From: Microcoleus sp. Aus8_D1
GTDB taxonomy: Bacteria; Cyanobacteriota; Cyanobacteriia; Cyanobacteriales; Microcoleaceae
DNA length: 60,153 nt
Assembly (NCBI RefSeq): GCF_036702645.1
Contig: NZ_JAUBUO010000016.1
Coordinates: 92,186-152,338 of the forward strand
Reading direction: 5' to 3'
Position 1 is the stretch's first letter, and the number at the start of each line of letters is the position of its first letter. The notes below the pieces were generated by a model. The model had not been told where the DNA came from. It did not search any database and saw only the letters and a list, made by a program, of their open reading frames with translations. Made by a program: the position numbers and the translations under genes. Below, piece after piece: positions 31,692 through 40,970 of this stretch.

Positions 31692-32450
31692 ATGAGTGAC
31701 AACAAGGAAGTTTACAGCACTGTAGCATTTGAGGAGTGGGCTTATAAAAAACGTTTACTCACTCAGGAAAAATTTTTGCTCGAAAACTATTTAGATAAAA
31801 GAGCAAAAACTTTAGAAGCTGGAACCGCAGGAGGAAGAATTTTGTTAGAGATGAAAAAAATTGGTTTTACATCTCTTTACGGTTATGACTACGTGCCAGA
31901 ATTCATTGAGCAGGCAAGACAGAAAGATTCGAGCGGCAGTATTTATTTTGAGGTGGAGGATGCAACTAGATTAAATTACAAAGATAATGATTTCGATCAG
32001 ATCATTTATTTACAGCAAATAATTTCTTCTATTGATGATGCCGAAGCCAGGTTAAAAGCCCTGAAGGAGGCTTATCGAATTCTCAAAAATGAGGGAACGG
32101 CTTTATTTTCGTTTCTAAGTTTTGATGCCAGAAAGAGCAGTGTTATGTATTCGTTGTTCTTGATGTATTTGGGTATGTTTAGGAATTTGCGGGGATCGAA
32201 TCGGACAATTCAGTATCTGCCTTGGCTTAAGCATGGTGGGAAAGTAAACTTGTCGGCGCTTGTCGATCGGGAACCTTATGTCTATTGGTACAAGGTTGAA
32301 GAGGTTTACCAGCTTTTAAGAGAAGTCAATTTTGAAGTGGTTGCTATTGGTTCTGATTTTCAGATTAAACAAGGCAAAATGCACCAGTCAATTGAAACAT
32401 TAGTCAAAGAACCGATTGCAGGGATGCTTTACTTTGTGTGCAAAAAGTAA
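31692..32450 (+). CDS. Class I SAM-dependent methyltransferase (paralogue of 35077..35838)
   Basis: LEAGTAGGRILLEMKKIGF motif I; ~60% identical to the downstream paralogue. Confidence 0.7.
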   Translation: MSDNKEVYSTVAFEEWAYKKRLLTQEKFLLENYLDKRAKTLEAGTAGGRILLEMKKIGFTSLYGYDYVPEFIEQARQKDSSGSIYFEVEDATRLNYKDNDFDQIIYLQQIISSIDDAEARLKALKEAYRILKNEGTALFSFLSFDARKSSVMYSLFLMYLGMFRNLRGSNRTIQYLPWLKHGGKVNLSALVDREPYVYWYKVEEVYQLLREVNFEVVAIGSDFQIKQGKMHQSIETLVKEPIAGMLYFVCKK

Positions 32451-32914
32451 ATTTTAGTTAATTAAGACTTTCGCACACCAAACATAGGCAAAAAATAGTT
32501 TAAGGTGGTATTAACTTGAGTTAAAGTATCAGGAATTACGCAGATACGCTATATACAACATATTCGATGTATATGTGATGCACAATCTTTTGGATCTACC
32601 TATGTAGCGGGTTTGCCAATAGTTGCTACTGTACTTCATAAACCTGGGATATGCTGTATATAGTGTTTTGTAGGGTAATCCGTGCGCGAGCGCCCCTATC
32701 CGTCAATGGAAAATAATGGTTTCAGACTACGAAATAAAAACTGTCCGAACTATTGATAAAGTGATATTCATAGTGTAGCAAAAGAAGGAGTAGTAACAAC
32801 AGAGATTTTAGACCATCCAGAGGAAGCTCAACATATGGGCAAGCGCGGACGAGAAAATATGGTTAATTATGACCTACCACATATCCTCAAGCAATACGAG
32901 GCTTTGTATGCTGA

Positions 32915-32948
32915 AGTCAACAATCAACAATCAACAATCAACAATCAA
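32915..32948. repeat. Heptanucleotide STR (CAATCAA)x4.5 ending 3 bp before the epimerase start
   Basis: gtcaacaatcaacaatcaacaatcaacaatcaaccc. Confidence 0.8.
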
Positions 32949-32951
32949 CCC

Positions 32952-33899
32952 ATGAGTAATATTGTTACAGGCGCGGCAGGTTTTATCGGCTCTAACTTAG
33001 TCGAAACTCTTTTAAACCAAGGTGAACAAGTAATCGGTGTTGATGAAGTCAACGATTACTACAATCCCGAATTGAAGAGAAAAAATCTCGCTCATTTTGA
33101 AAAAAATCCGAATTTTCAACTAATTGAGGGCAATATCTTATCTTTGGATTGGAAACCGCTATTAGCAAATGCAGAAGTCATTTACCACCAAGCAGCCCAA
33201 GCAGGAGTCCGTGCTAGTTGGGGAGACGGTTTCCGCAGCTATACGGAACGCAATATCAATGCAACTCAGGTACTCCTAGAAGCCGCAAAAGATGCACCGC
33301 AACTGAAAAAGTTTGTATTGGCTTCGTCTTCGTCGGTGTACGGCAATGCTGAAACTTTTCCTACTTCCGAAACTGCCTGCCCTCAACCAGTTTCTCCCTA
33401 CGGGATTACCAAATTAGCCGCTGAACGTTTGGCTTCGCTTTATCATCACAATTTTGGCGTTCCCGCAACCATGCTGCGGTATTTCACTGTTTACGGGCCT
33501 CGCCAGCGTCCCGATATGGCATTTCACATATTTTTTAAGTCAATTTTGCGCGGCGAAGCGATTTCAATTTACGGAGACGGACAGCAAACGCGAGATTTTA
33601 CATTTATCAGCGATTGCGTTGCCGCTAATTTAGCTGCCGCTAAAGTGCCGGAAGCTGTCGGGGAAATATTTAATATTGGAGGGGGAAGTCGAGTTGCTTT
33701 GGCGGAAGTTATTCAGACTATGGAAAGCATTGTCGATCGCCCGATTCGCATCAATTACCTAGAATCGAGCAAAGGAGATGCGCGAGATACTAGCGCTGAC
33801 GTATCGAAAGCTCAGAAAATCTTGGGATATCAGGCACAGGTTTCTTTGAGGGAAGGGTTGAAGCAAGAATGGGAATGGGTGCAGTCTTTGTACGGCTAG
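32952..33899 (+). CDS. NAD-dependent nucleotide-sugar epimerase/dehydratase (extended SDR)
   Basis: MSNIVTGAAGFIGSNL Rossmann motif and YGITK catalytic YxxxK. The ORF-track extension back to 32835 is a fossil of a GT4 C-terminus. Confidence 0.85.
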   Translation: MSNIVTGAAGFIGSNLVETLLNQGEQVIGVDEVNDYYNPELKRKNLAHFEKNPNFQLIEGNILSLDWKPLLANAEVIYHQAAQAGVRASWGDGFRSYTERNINATQVLLEAAKDAPQLKKFVLASSSSVYGNAETFPTSETACPQPVSPYGITKLAAERLASLYHHNFGVPATMLRYFTVYGPRQRPDMAFHIFFKSILRGEAISIYGDGQQTRDFTFISDCVAANLAAAKVPEAVGEIFNIGGGSRVALAEVIQTMESIVDRPIRINYLESSKGDARDTSADVSKAQKILGYQAQVSLREGLKQEWEWVQSLYG

Positions 33900-33998
33900 A
33901 AGGTGCTGAACCTACTCATCTGCTGAAGTGCTAAGTCAGCAGATGAGGTTATATGCACAGTAAATCTTCGCGAATAATCAACTTAAAATTATCAAGCC

Positions 33999-35063
33999 AT
34001 GAAAATCCAATTTATTGATTTAAGCAGTCCTTTGTGGCTAGAAACTCTGGATAATCTCAGACATGATTTTTATCATTTACCTGGCTATGTGGATTTAGAA
34101 GCAAAAAGAACCGAAGCAACCGCAGAAGCTATTTTGATTGCTGATGATGACAAAATATTCTTTTTGCCTTATTTATTGCGAAAGTGCAATAATTTATTTG
34201 CAGAGACAGTAGAAGTTTTTGATGTTATATCGCCCTATGGCTATCCGGGATTTTTGTTAAATGAAGCCGCAGCTAGCACTCCTGATTTTTTTATCTTGGC
34301 AATCGAAAATTTAACACAGGCCTGGCGCGATCGCAATATTTGTTCGGCTTTTTTACGGCTGCATCCTATTCTCAACAAGGATGTTAATACTTCGATAAAC
34401 AATGACTTGTTTACACTCAATGGAGAAACAGTTTCTGTAGATTTAACACTCGAACGAAGTGAAATATGGAGTCAAACTCGCTCTGAACATCGCAATAAAA
34501 TAAATAGATGCGTCCGCGAAGGTTTTTCGGCTAAAATGGTTCCTATTCAGGAATATATTAATGATTTCAACGCGATTTATGAGGAAACAATGGCTCGGGT
34601 TGGGGCTGCAAAGTTATATTATTTCGGAACTAATTATCTGGTAAAACTCATCGATGTATTAGGAGATAAATTGCATTTATGTATGGTAGAATTGAATGGA
34701 GAAATTACCTGTGGTGGTTTGTTTACTGAGTGCTGCGGCATCGTTCAGTATCATCTGGGTGGTACGAAGTCAAGCTTTTTGAAACAAGCACCCACTAAAC
34801 TAATGTTTGATTATGTTCGATTCTGGGCTAAGGAACGCGGTAATCAAGTTTTCCATCTAGGCGGTGGTTTAGGAGGTTCGCAAGATAGTCTCTACCATTT
34901 CAAAGCAGGTTTCTCTAAGCAAAGACACACTTTTTTCACCCGACGCTTAATTACAGATGAAGAAAAATATCTTCATTTAGTTAACCTACGTGCAAAATAT
35001 CTGAAGATCGAGGTGGAGCATCTACTGAATACCAATTTTTTCCCTGCATATCGCTCTAACTGA
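33999..35063 (+). CDS. FemAB/CelD-like GNAT acyltransferase, intact copy
   Basis: Conserved YHLGGTKSSFLKQAPTKLMFDYVRFWAKERGNQVFHLGGGLGGSQDSLYHFKAGFSKQ block typical of the FemAB-like Acetyltransf_6 family. Confidence 0.7.
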   Translation: MKIQFIDLSSPLWLETLDNLRHDFYHLPGYVDLEAKRTEATAEAILIADDDKIFFLPYLLRKCNNLFAETVEVFDVISPYGYPGFLLNEAAASTPDFFILAIENLTQAWRDRNICSAFLRLHPILNKDVNTSINNDLFTLNGETVSVDLTLERSEIWSQTRSEHRNKINRCVREGFSAKMVPIQEYINDFNAIYEETMARVGAAKLYYFGTNYLVKLIDVLGDKLHLCMVELNGEITCGGLFTECCGIVQYHLGGTKSSFLKQAPTKLMFDYVRFWAKERGNQVFHLGGGLGGSQDSLYHFKAGFSKQRHTFFTRRLITDEEKYLHLVNLRAKYLKIEVEHLLNTNFFPAYRSN

Positions 35064-35076
35064 TTAGGAGAATTGT

Positions 35077-35838
35077 ATGATGGACAACAAGCAAGTTTAC
35101 AGCACAGTAGAATTTGAGAGTTGGGCAGACAAAGAACAATTGATTGAGGAAGAAAAGTATCTAATAGAAACTTATTTAGCTCGAACAGGAAAAATACTCG
35201 AAGCTGGAACAGCAGGAGGAAGAATTTTATTAGAAATGAAACAGATGGGTTTTACATCTCTTGCCGGTTATGATTACGTGCCAGAATTTATTGAGCAGGC
35301 AAAAAAAAGAGATGCGACGCAGAGTATTTCTTTTGAAGTTCAGGATGCAACTAGCTTAAACTACGAAGATGCTAGTTTCGATCAGATAATTTATCTTCAA
35401 CAAATTATTTGTTTGATCGAAAATGATTCAAGCAGATTAAAGGCGATGGAAGAGGCTTATCGTATCCTCAAAATGGGGGGGATTGCATTATTCTCATTCC
35501 TCAGCTTTGAAACGAGAGTTAGAAGTCCCATCTACAAGTCATATTTATCTTATCTCAGCCTGATACGGAAGCTTCGCGGCTCAAATCGTTCTCTTCAATA
35601 TATTCCTTGGCTGAAGCTTGGTGGAAAACCAAACTGGTTATGCCTTCTGGATCGAGGCCCTTATCCTTATTGGTATCAAGTTGCAGAGGCTGAACAGATT
35701 ATAAAAAAAGTTGGTTTTCATGTAGTTGCTGTGGGTTCTAGTTATCAGATCAAACAAGAAGGAAGAATGCCAGAATCAATTGAAACATTAGCGAATGAAC
35801 GCCTACAAGGAATGCTTTACTTTGTCTGTAAAAAATGA
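35077..35838 (+). CDS. Class I SAM-dependent methyltransferase
   Basis: LEAGTAGGRILLEMKQMGF motif I. Confidence 0.7.
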   Translation: MMDNKQVYSTVEFESWADKEQLIEEEKYLIETYLARTGKILEAGTAGGRILLEMKQMGFTSLAGYDYVPEFIEQAKKRDATQSISFEVQDATSLNYEDASFDQIIYLQQIICLIENDSSRLKAMEEAYRILKMGGIALFSFLSFETRVRSPIYKSYLSYLSLIRKLRGSNRSLQYIPWLKLGGKPNWLCLLDRGPYPYWYQVAEAEQIIKKVGFHVVAVGSSYQIKQEGRMPESIETLANERLQGMLYFVCKK

Positions 35839-35855
35839 ATGATGAGCAATGAACC

Positions 35856-36494
35856 ATGAATAATCACCGATCGCCAATCACCAAATTCAGCAGATTAGTT
35901 AAGTGGGTATTAGATAGATTAGTTGCCGCGATCGCCCTACTAATTTTCTCTCCCATCGTTTTAATAGTGGCGATCGCCATTTACATCCGCATGGGTTCTC
36001 CCGTTGTGTTCACACAACCGAGGCCAGGTAAAGATAGCCACGTCTTCAAGTTCTACAAATTTCGCACGATGACGAGCGATCGCGATCGCGAAGGAAACTT
36101 GCTCCCCGACGAACAACGCCTGACTGCGATCGGTCAATTCTTGCGAAAAACCAGTTTGGACGAACTTCCCCAACTGTGGAATGTTCTCAAAGGCGACATG
36201 AGCTTTGTTGGCCCTCGTCCCTTGTTAGTACGATACCTAGAACGCTACAGCCCAGAACAAGCACGCCGCCATGATGTGATGCCCGGAATCACCGGGTGGG
36301 CCCAGGTGAACGGTCGCCGACTTCTAGATGGTAATTGGCCGGAGAAATTTAGGCTCGATGTTTGGTATGTGGATAATTGGAACCTGTGGCTGGATTTGAA
36401 AATACTTTTCCTGACAGTAGGTCAAGTCTTGGGACAAAAAGAAATCAGCCAAGAAGGTCATCTTACAAGTGAAGAGTTTAAAGGTAATGAATGA
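35856..36494 (+). CDS. Undecaprenyl-phosphate sugar phosphotransferase (PglC/WbaP C-terminal type; priming sugar transferase)
   Basis: Single N-terminal TM; KFRTM, DELPQLWNVLKGDMSFVGPRP. Confidence 0.85.
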   Translation: MNNHRSPITKFSRLVKWVLDRLVAAIALLIFSPIVLIVAIAIYIRMGSPVVFTQPRPGKDSHVFKFYKFRTMTSDRDREGNLLPDEQRLTAIGQFLRKTSLDELPQLWNVLKGDMSFVGPRPLLVRYLERYSPEQARRHDVMPGITGWAQVNGRRLLDGNWPEKFRLDVWYVDNWNLWLDLKILFLTVGQVLGQKEISQEGHLTSEEFKGNE

Positions 36495-37638
36495 AGTCTC
36501 CCCAATGACCAAACAAATCCTCCTCTCAACGCCGCACATGGGCGAACTAGAACAAAAGTTTGTCCAAGAAGCCTTTGACACCAACTGGATCGCCCCCGTC
36601 GGCCCCCATGTCGATGCTTTCGAGCGGGAATTCTGCGATGTTGTCGGTTCCAGCCACGCCGCTGCTCTGAGTTCGGGCACTGCGGCTTTACATTTAGCTT
36701 TACAATTAATTGGTGTCAGTGCAGGCGATGAGGTTTTTTGCTCGACTCTGACGTTTATTGCTACGGCGAGTCCGATTACTTATTTAGGCGCCAAACCGGT
36801 TTTCATTGATAGCGATCGCACTACATGGAACATGAATCCAGAATTGTTGCGAGAAGCCCTGGACAAACGAGCCAAATTAGGAAAGTTGCCCAAAGCTGTG
36901 GCGATCGTACACCTCTACGGTCAAAGTGCCGATATTGACCCTATTTTAGCAGTTTGCAATGACTATGAAATACCCCTAATTGAAGATGCGGCCGAATCCC
37001 TAGGAGCTACTTACAAAAACCGTTCTCCGGGAACTTTTGGCAAAATCGGGATTTTCTCATTCAACGGTAATAAAATTATCACCACTTCCGGCGGCGGAAT
37101 GTTAGTTTCTGACGACCAAAAACTGGTAGAAAAAGCCCGTTTCTTGGCGACGCAAGCCCGCGATCCTGCTCCTCACTACCAACACACCGAAATCGGCTAT
37201 AACTACCGCCTCAGCAACGTTTTAGCGGGGATTGGGATTGGTCAATTGCGGGTTTTGGAGGATAGAGTTGAGGCGAGACGGCACAATTTTGAGGTTTACA
37301 AACAAGCTTTGGGAAATTTGCCGGGAATCGAATTTATGCCGGAAGCTGATTTCGGACGCGCTACTCGCTGGCTGACTTGTTTGACAATTAATCCTGCTGC
37401 TTTCGGTGCGGATAGAGAACTTGTTCGCCTCGCACTGGCGAAGGAGAAAATAGAAGCGCGTCCGGTTTGGAAACCTTTGCATTTGCAGCCAGTATTTGCT
37501 GAGTGTGAATCTATCGGAGGCGAAGTTGCTGAAGAGTTATTTGAACATGGTCTTTGCTTGCCTTCTGGCTCGAATTTAACTGAAGAAGATTTAGAACGAG
37601 TCACCAGTGCGATCGCAGAAATTCATCGAACAGCTTGA
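36487..37638 (+). CDS. DegT/DnrJ/EryC1/StrS-family PLP-dependent sugar aminotransferase
   Basis: Family-typical N-terminus and SFNGNKIITTSGGGML PLP-lysine region. Start uncertain: 36487 (8-nt overlap) or 36505. Confidence 0.85.
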   Translation: MNEVSPMTKQILLSTPHMGELEQKFVQEAFDTNWIAPVGPHVDAFEREFCDVVGSSHAAALSSGTAALHLALQLIGVSAGDEVFCSTLTFIATASPITYLGAKPVFIDSDRTTWNMNPELLREALDKRAKLGKLPKAVAIVHLYGQSADIDPILAVCNDYEIPLIEDAAESLGATYKNRSPGTFGKIGIFSFNGNKIITTSGGGMLVSDDQKLVEKARFLATQARDPAPHYQHTEIGYNYRLSNVLAGIGIGQLRVLEDRVEARRHNFEVYKQALGNLPGIEFMPEADFGRATRWLTCLTINPAAFGADRELVRLALAKEKIEARPVWKPLHLQPVFAECESIGGEVAEELFEHGLCLPSGSNLTEEDLERVTSAIAEIHRTA

Positions 37639-37667
37639 GGGATGAAAGGCGATTCAGCTCAACGAAA

Positions 37668-37700
37668 AAAAACCTGTTTCTTCAAGAAACCGGGTTTTGA
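37668..37700. terminator. Bidirectional hairpin between convergent genes
   Basis: aaaaaaaacctgtttcttcaagaaaccgggtttt has an imperfect ~11-bp stem flanked by A-run and T-run. Confidence 0.4.
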
Positions 37701-37725
37701 GATGGTCTCGAAGTTGGTCGCTGAA

Positions 37726-38412
37726 TTAGGCTGAAAGAATGCGATCGGTTTCCGGTACTCTATTTAAGTTTAAGCGATCGCGCACTTCTGCCAGCGGCGT
37801 TTCCCACAGCTTATTCCACTCAATTCCAAATAGCAGTTTAGCCTGTTTTCCCCGCAACCAACCTCGGCATAGCGCATCCATATAATCGCCGCTGGTTTCA
37901 ATGTCTTGTAATGTAGATTTTAACAAATTTTTAGCAAGGAGTGCCAGCCAAAAACGAGAAGCCGACATCTGCGCCACATAAAAAGCCTCTAACTCAATTT
38001 CTCCTGTTATATGGGTGCTGCAACCGGTGACGACGTGCCAACAGTCATGGGTTTCAGTAGTATGCACAGCCAAAAATGCCAAGTCATCATCAGGGATTTC
38101 TTTGGCTGACAAAACTTTGAGGTTATTGCTTAGCATATGAACTGCATAATGATAACCGAGCGTATTTTTCGGCAATTGGTGGAGTGCTTCCAAATCGACA
38201 TTTCCCAAACGCGGACGTTCTTTAAATGCCCGTTTTGCTTGAGGTTCCTGGGAAAGAATATCTATTATTAGCTGGAGGCTATAACCATCGCTCGCAGCTT
38301 TGAACAAGTGTCCGAGAGCCTCAAAGTCTCCGTCAGGAGATTTCACCATGTTAATAAAAGCTTCCAGAAGCTGCGCTTCCCGCTGCTGTTTTTCTGTGAC
38401 GATGTTCTCCAT
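37726..38412 (-). CDS. Coq4-family protein (HDxxH...E zinc motif)
   Basis: THDCWHVVTG...EIELEAF matches the Coq4 HDxxH-(x11)-E motif. Start placed at MENIV, preceded by AAGGAGGA; the ORF track extends to 38514. Confidence 0.5.
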   Translation of the reverse strand: MENIVTEKQQREAQLLEAFINMVKSPDGDFEALGHLFKAASDGYSLQLIIDILSQEPQAKRAFKERPRLGNVDLEALHQLPKNTLGYHYAVHMLSNNLKVLSAKEIPDDDLAFLAVHTTETHDCWHVVTGCSTHITGEIELEAFYVAQMSASRFWLALLAKNLLKSTLQDIETSGDYMDALCRGWLRGKQAKLLFGIEWNKLWETPLAEVRDRLNLNRVPETDRILSA

Positions 38413-39039
38413 TTGCTCATCCTCCTTTGCTAAAAATATTTCTGGTAACTGATGCAGTATTTTAGCACGCATTTTTATTTGATAACAATAGTCCGGACAG
38501 TTTGCGATCGCCAACGGTAGAATGAGGGTTTCAGTTTCATCAGAATCAGAAATATTAACGGTAGAATGCGGGTTTTAGCGGCTAATCTCAAAACAGTCCG
38601 GAGTATTGATTTGATAAGTGCCCGCCAAGTTACACCATTCTATTGTATATTGAGAAATTTTGAGATTTTTATCACTTCTAGCTAAGGACTTGACGGGAGC
38701 ATCTAATACCATGCGTGAAAAAATGTTGCAACAATAAAATTTTGGGGTTTGTTTCGTTCACCTAATGTGTAAGGTGCGGAGCTATTAGATTTTCACTCTT
38801 TTTTAGAGATTGTCGATGGCTCCACACCCTACATATACTGTTGCATTAATGCATGAAAATTGGTATAACTTGAGACTTGAGGATAGGGTTATACCAATTT
38901 AGATTTGAGATTAAAGAATGGATATTAAAGAATTGAATAATGGGGAATCACTTACTGCATAAGGGTTCGGAGCAGGAGCCTACAGTTGCATTATTTTTGG
39001 GGAAACTGGTATTAGATGCGATCGCCCGTCATGTTCTCA

Positions 39040-39300
39040 AAAAAGTACGCGCGGCGCAGCATCCCGTAGGGCATCGCCCTGTTATTGATTAGCCCTCGCA
39101 AAAGTACGCGCGGCCCAGCTATCCCCCAAGGCTGAATTGCCCAACCCACCCCGCCTCAACTCCCCAGACTATTCTACCAAATCGGCGATCGAGAACTTCA
39201 GTAAGTCACACAGCGCCTTCATCTGTGCTGGGTAAAGCTTGGGTAGGTGTCTGTCTTCGAGTCGATCGCCGTGGACTGCACAACATTATACGCTTCTACT
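39040..39300 (-). pseudogene. Degraded second copy of the cassette end: duplicated terminus plus XRE regulator remnant
   Basis: ~85% nucleotide identity to 10258..10465 in the same orientation. Terminus aaaagtacgcgcggc occurs twice. An internal indel destroys the HTH reading frame. Confidence 0.6.
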
Positions 39301-39781
39301 TTGGTCGATCTAAACTAGATCAACATTTTCATCCATGAGATATTTGAGCATTGTTCGCCAAATTGACTTCTCTTTCTGCCTTTAACTGCATCAGAATGTG
39401 GGTGGGTGGCGGCGCGGTTAAGATTTATCTATTTGTTACCCCATTCCATCGCCTCACCCAACTCACGCTACAATAGGTTCTGTTGGCTAACTATATTTTT
39501 TTAAAATAAAAATATATTATATATTCACTTTGAAGATCGTGTCAAGAGTATTGTTGGAAAAATATCGAAGTCTCCGTAAAATTAACGAGCTTAGCTCCAG
39601 TGTCGATCGCACTCAGGTGAATATATTTTAAAATGCTAAGTTAATTAAAGATTGTATGAAGGTTGCGGATAAGTCTTTACATTGTCGCTCTAAATTTTGT
39701 TATTGTATTAGCAAGTTTGATTCGATCGACTGAATTATTGTACCACAGTCTTGCACTCTAAACAGAACGGCAGTTTCCCCC

Positions 39782-40720
39782 ATGAGAATTTTAGTCACAG
39801 GCGGTGCGGGTTTCATCGGTTCCCATCTGATCGATCGCTTAATGGCCCAAGGACACGAGGTAGTCTGCCTGGATAACTTTTACACCGGGACTAAGCGCAA
39901 TATCCTCAAATGGCTGGACAACCCCTATTTTGAGCTGATCCGCCACGACATCACGGAACCCATTCGGTTAGAGGTAGATCAGATTTACCATCTGGCTTGT
40001 CCGGCTTCGCCAGTACACTATCAGTTCAACCCCGTCAAGACAATCAAAACGAATGTCATCGGGACACTAAATATGCTGGGATTGGCGAAACGGGTAAAAG
40101 CAAGATTTTTTCTGGCTTCCACATCAGAAGTTTACGGCGATCCGGATGTCCATCCCCAAACAGAAGACTATCGCGGCAACGTTAATTGTATCGGTATTCG
40201 GAGCTGTTACGACGAGGGGAAGCGAGTAGCTGAAACCCTATCTTTTGACTACCACCGCCAAAATGGGGTAGACATTCGAGTTGTACGAATTTTTAATACC
40301 TACGGCCCGCGAATGTTAGAAAATGATGGCCGAGTTGTCAGCAATTTTATTGTTCAAGCTTTGCGCAATCAACCGCTGACTGTGTATGGCGATGGTTCCC
40401 AAACACGGAGTTTTTGCTACGTTTCTGATTTGGTGGAAGGATTTATGCGCTTGATGAATAGCGACGAAATCGGGCCGATGAATTTGGGGAATCCCGGCGA
40501 ATACACTATCTTGGAACTGGCCCAGAAAATTCAAAACATGATTAATCCTGGGGCGGAAATCATCTTCAAACCGCTGCCACAAGACGATCCAAAACAGCGA
40601 CAACCGGATATTACTCGTGCTAAAAGTTGGTTGGGGTGGGAGCCAACTATTCCGCTGGATCAAGGTTTAGAGTTGACTGTGAAAGATTTTCGCGATCGTA
40701 TCGAGGGAAACCAAAAGTAG
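39782..40720 (+). CDS. uxs: UDP-glucuronate decarboxylase (UDP-xylose synthase, extended SDR)
   Basis: [20 protein letters not shown]...[10 protein letters not shown]...[14 protein letters not shown]...[11 protein letters not shown] is strongly UXS-like. Confidence 0.9.
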   Translation: MRILVTGGAGFIGSHLIDRLMAQGHEVVCLDNFYTGTKRNILKWLDNPYFELIRHDITEPIRLEVDQIYHLACPASPVHYQFNPVKTIKTNVIGTLNMLGLAKRVKARFFLASTSEVYGDPDVHPQTEDYRGNVNCIGIRSCYDEGKRVAETLSFDYHRQNGVDIRVVRIFNTYGPRMLENDGRVVSNFIVQALRNQPLTVYGDGSQTRSFCYVSDLVEGFMRLMNSDEIGPMNLGNPGEYTILELAQKIQNMINPGAEIIFKPLPQDDPKQRQPDITRAKSWLGWEPTIPLDQGLELTVKDFRDRIEGNQK

Positions 40721-40861
40721 ATACTGGGGGATTGTAGGGGCTTTCCCCCCGTGGTTGCCCCCTGCTGCTGCAGAAGAGTGGTTGCCCCCTGCTGCTGCAG
40801 AAGAGGGTAGGCACGGCGAGGCACTACCCCTACAAATTGTTCGCAATTCATAATTGAGGAC

Positions 40862-40925
40862 TATACCAATTCCCAATTCCCAATTCCCAATTCCCAATTC
40901 CCAATTCCCAATTCCCGATTCCCAA
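40862..40925. repeat. Heptanucleotide STR (CCCAATT)x~9, cyanobacterial STRR-like
   Basis: ccaattcccaattcccaattcccaattcccaattcccaattcccgattcccaattccc, ~45 bp upstream of the ugd start. Confidence 0.85.
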
Positions 40926-40970
40926 TTCCCATTCCTACCTGATTTATTTACTAACTTTGAGGAGATTTCT

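Noticed and set aside
32835-32951. ORF-track N-terminal extension of the epimerase (MGKRGRENMVNYDLPHILKQYEALYAEV...)
   Set aside because: It is a fossil of a GT4 C-terminus fused in frame. The canonical Rossmann N-terminus begins at Met 32952.
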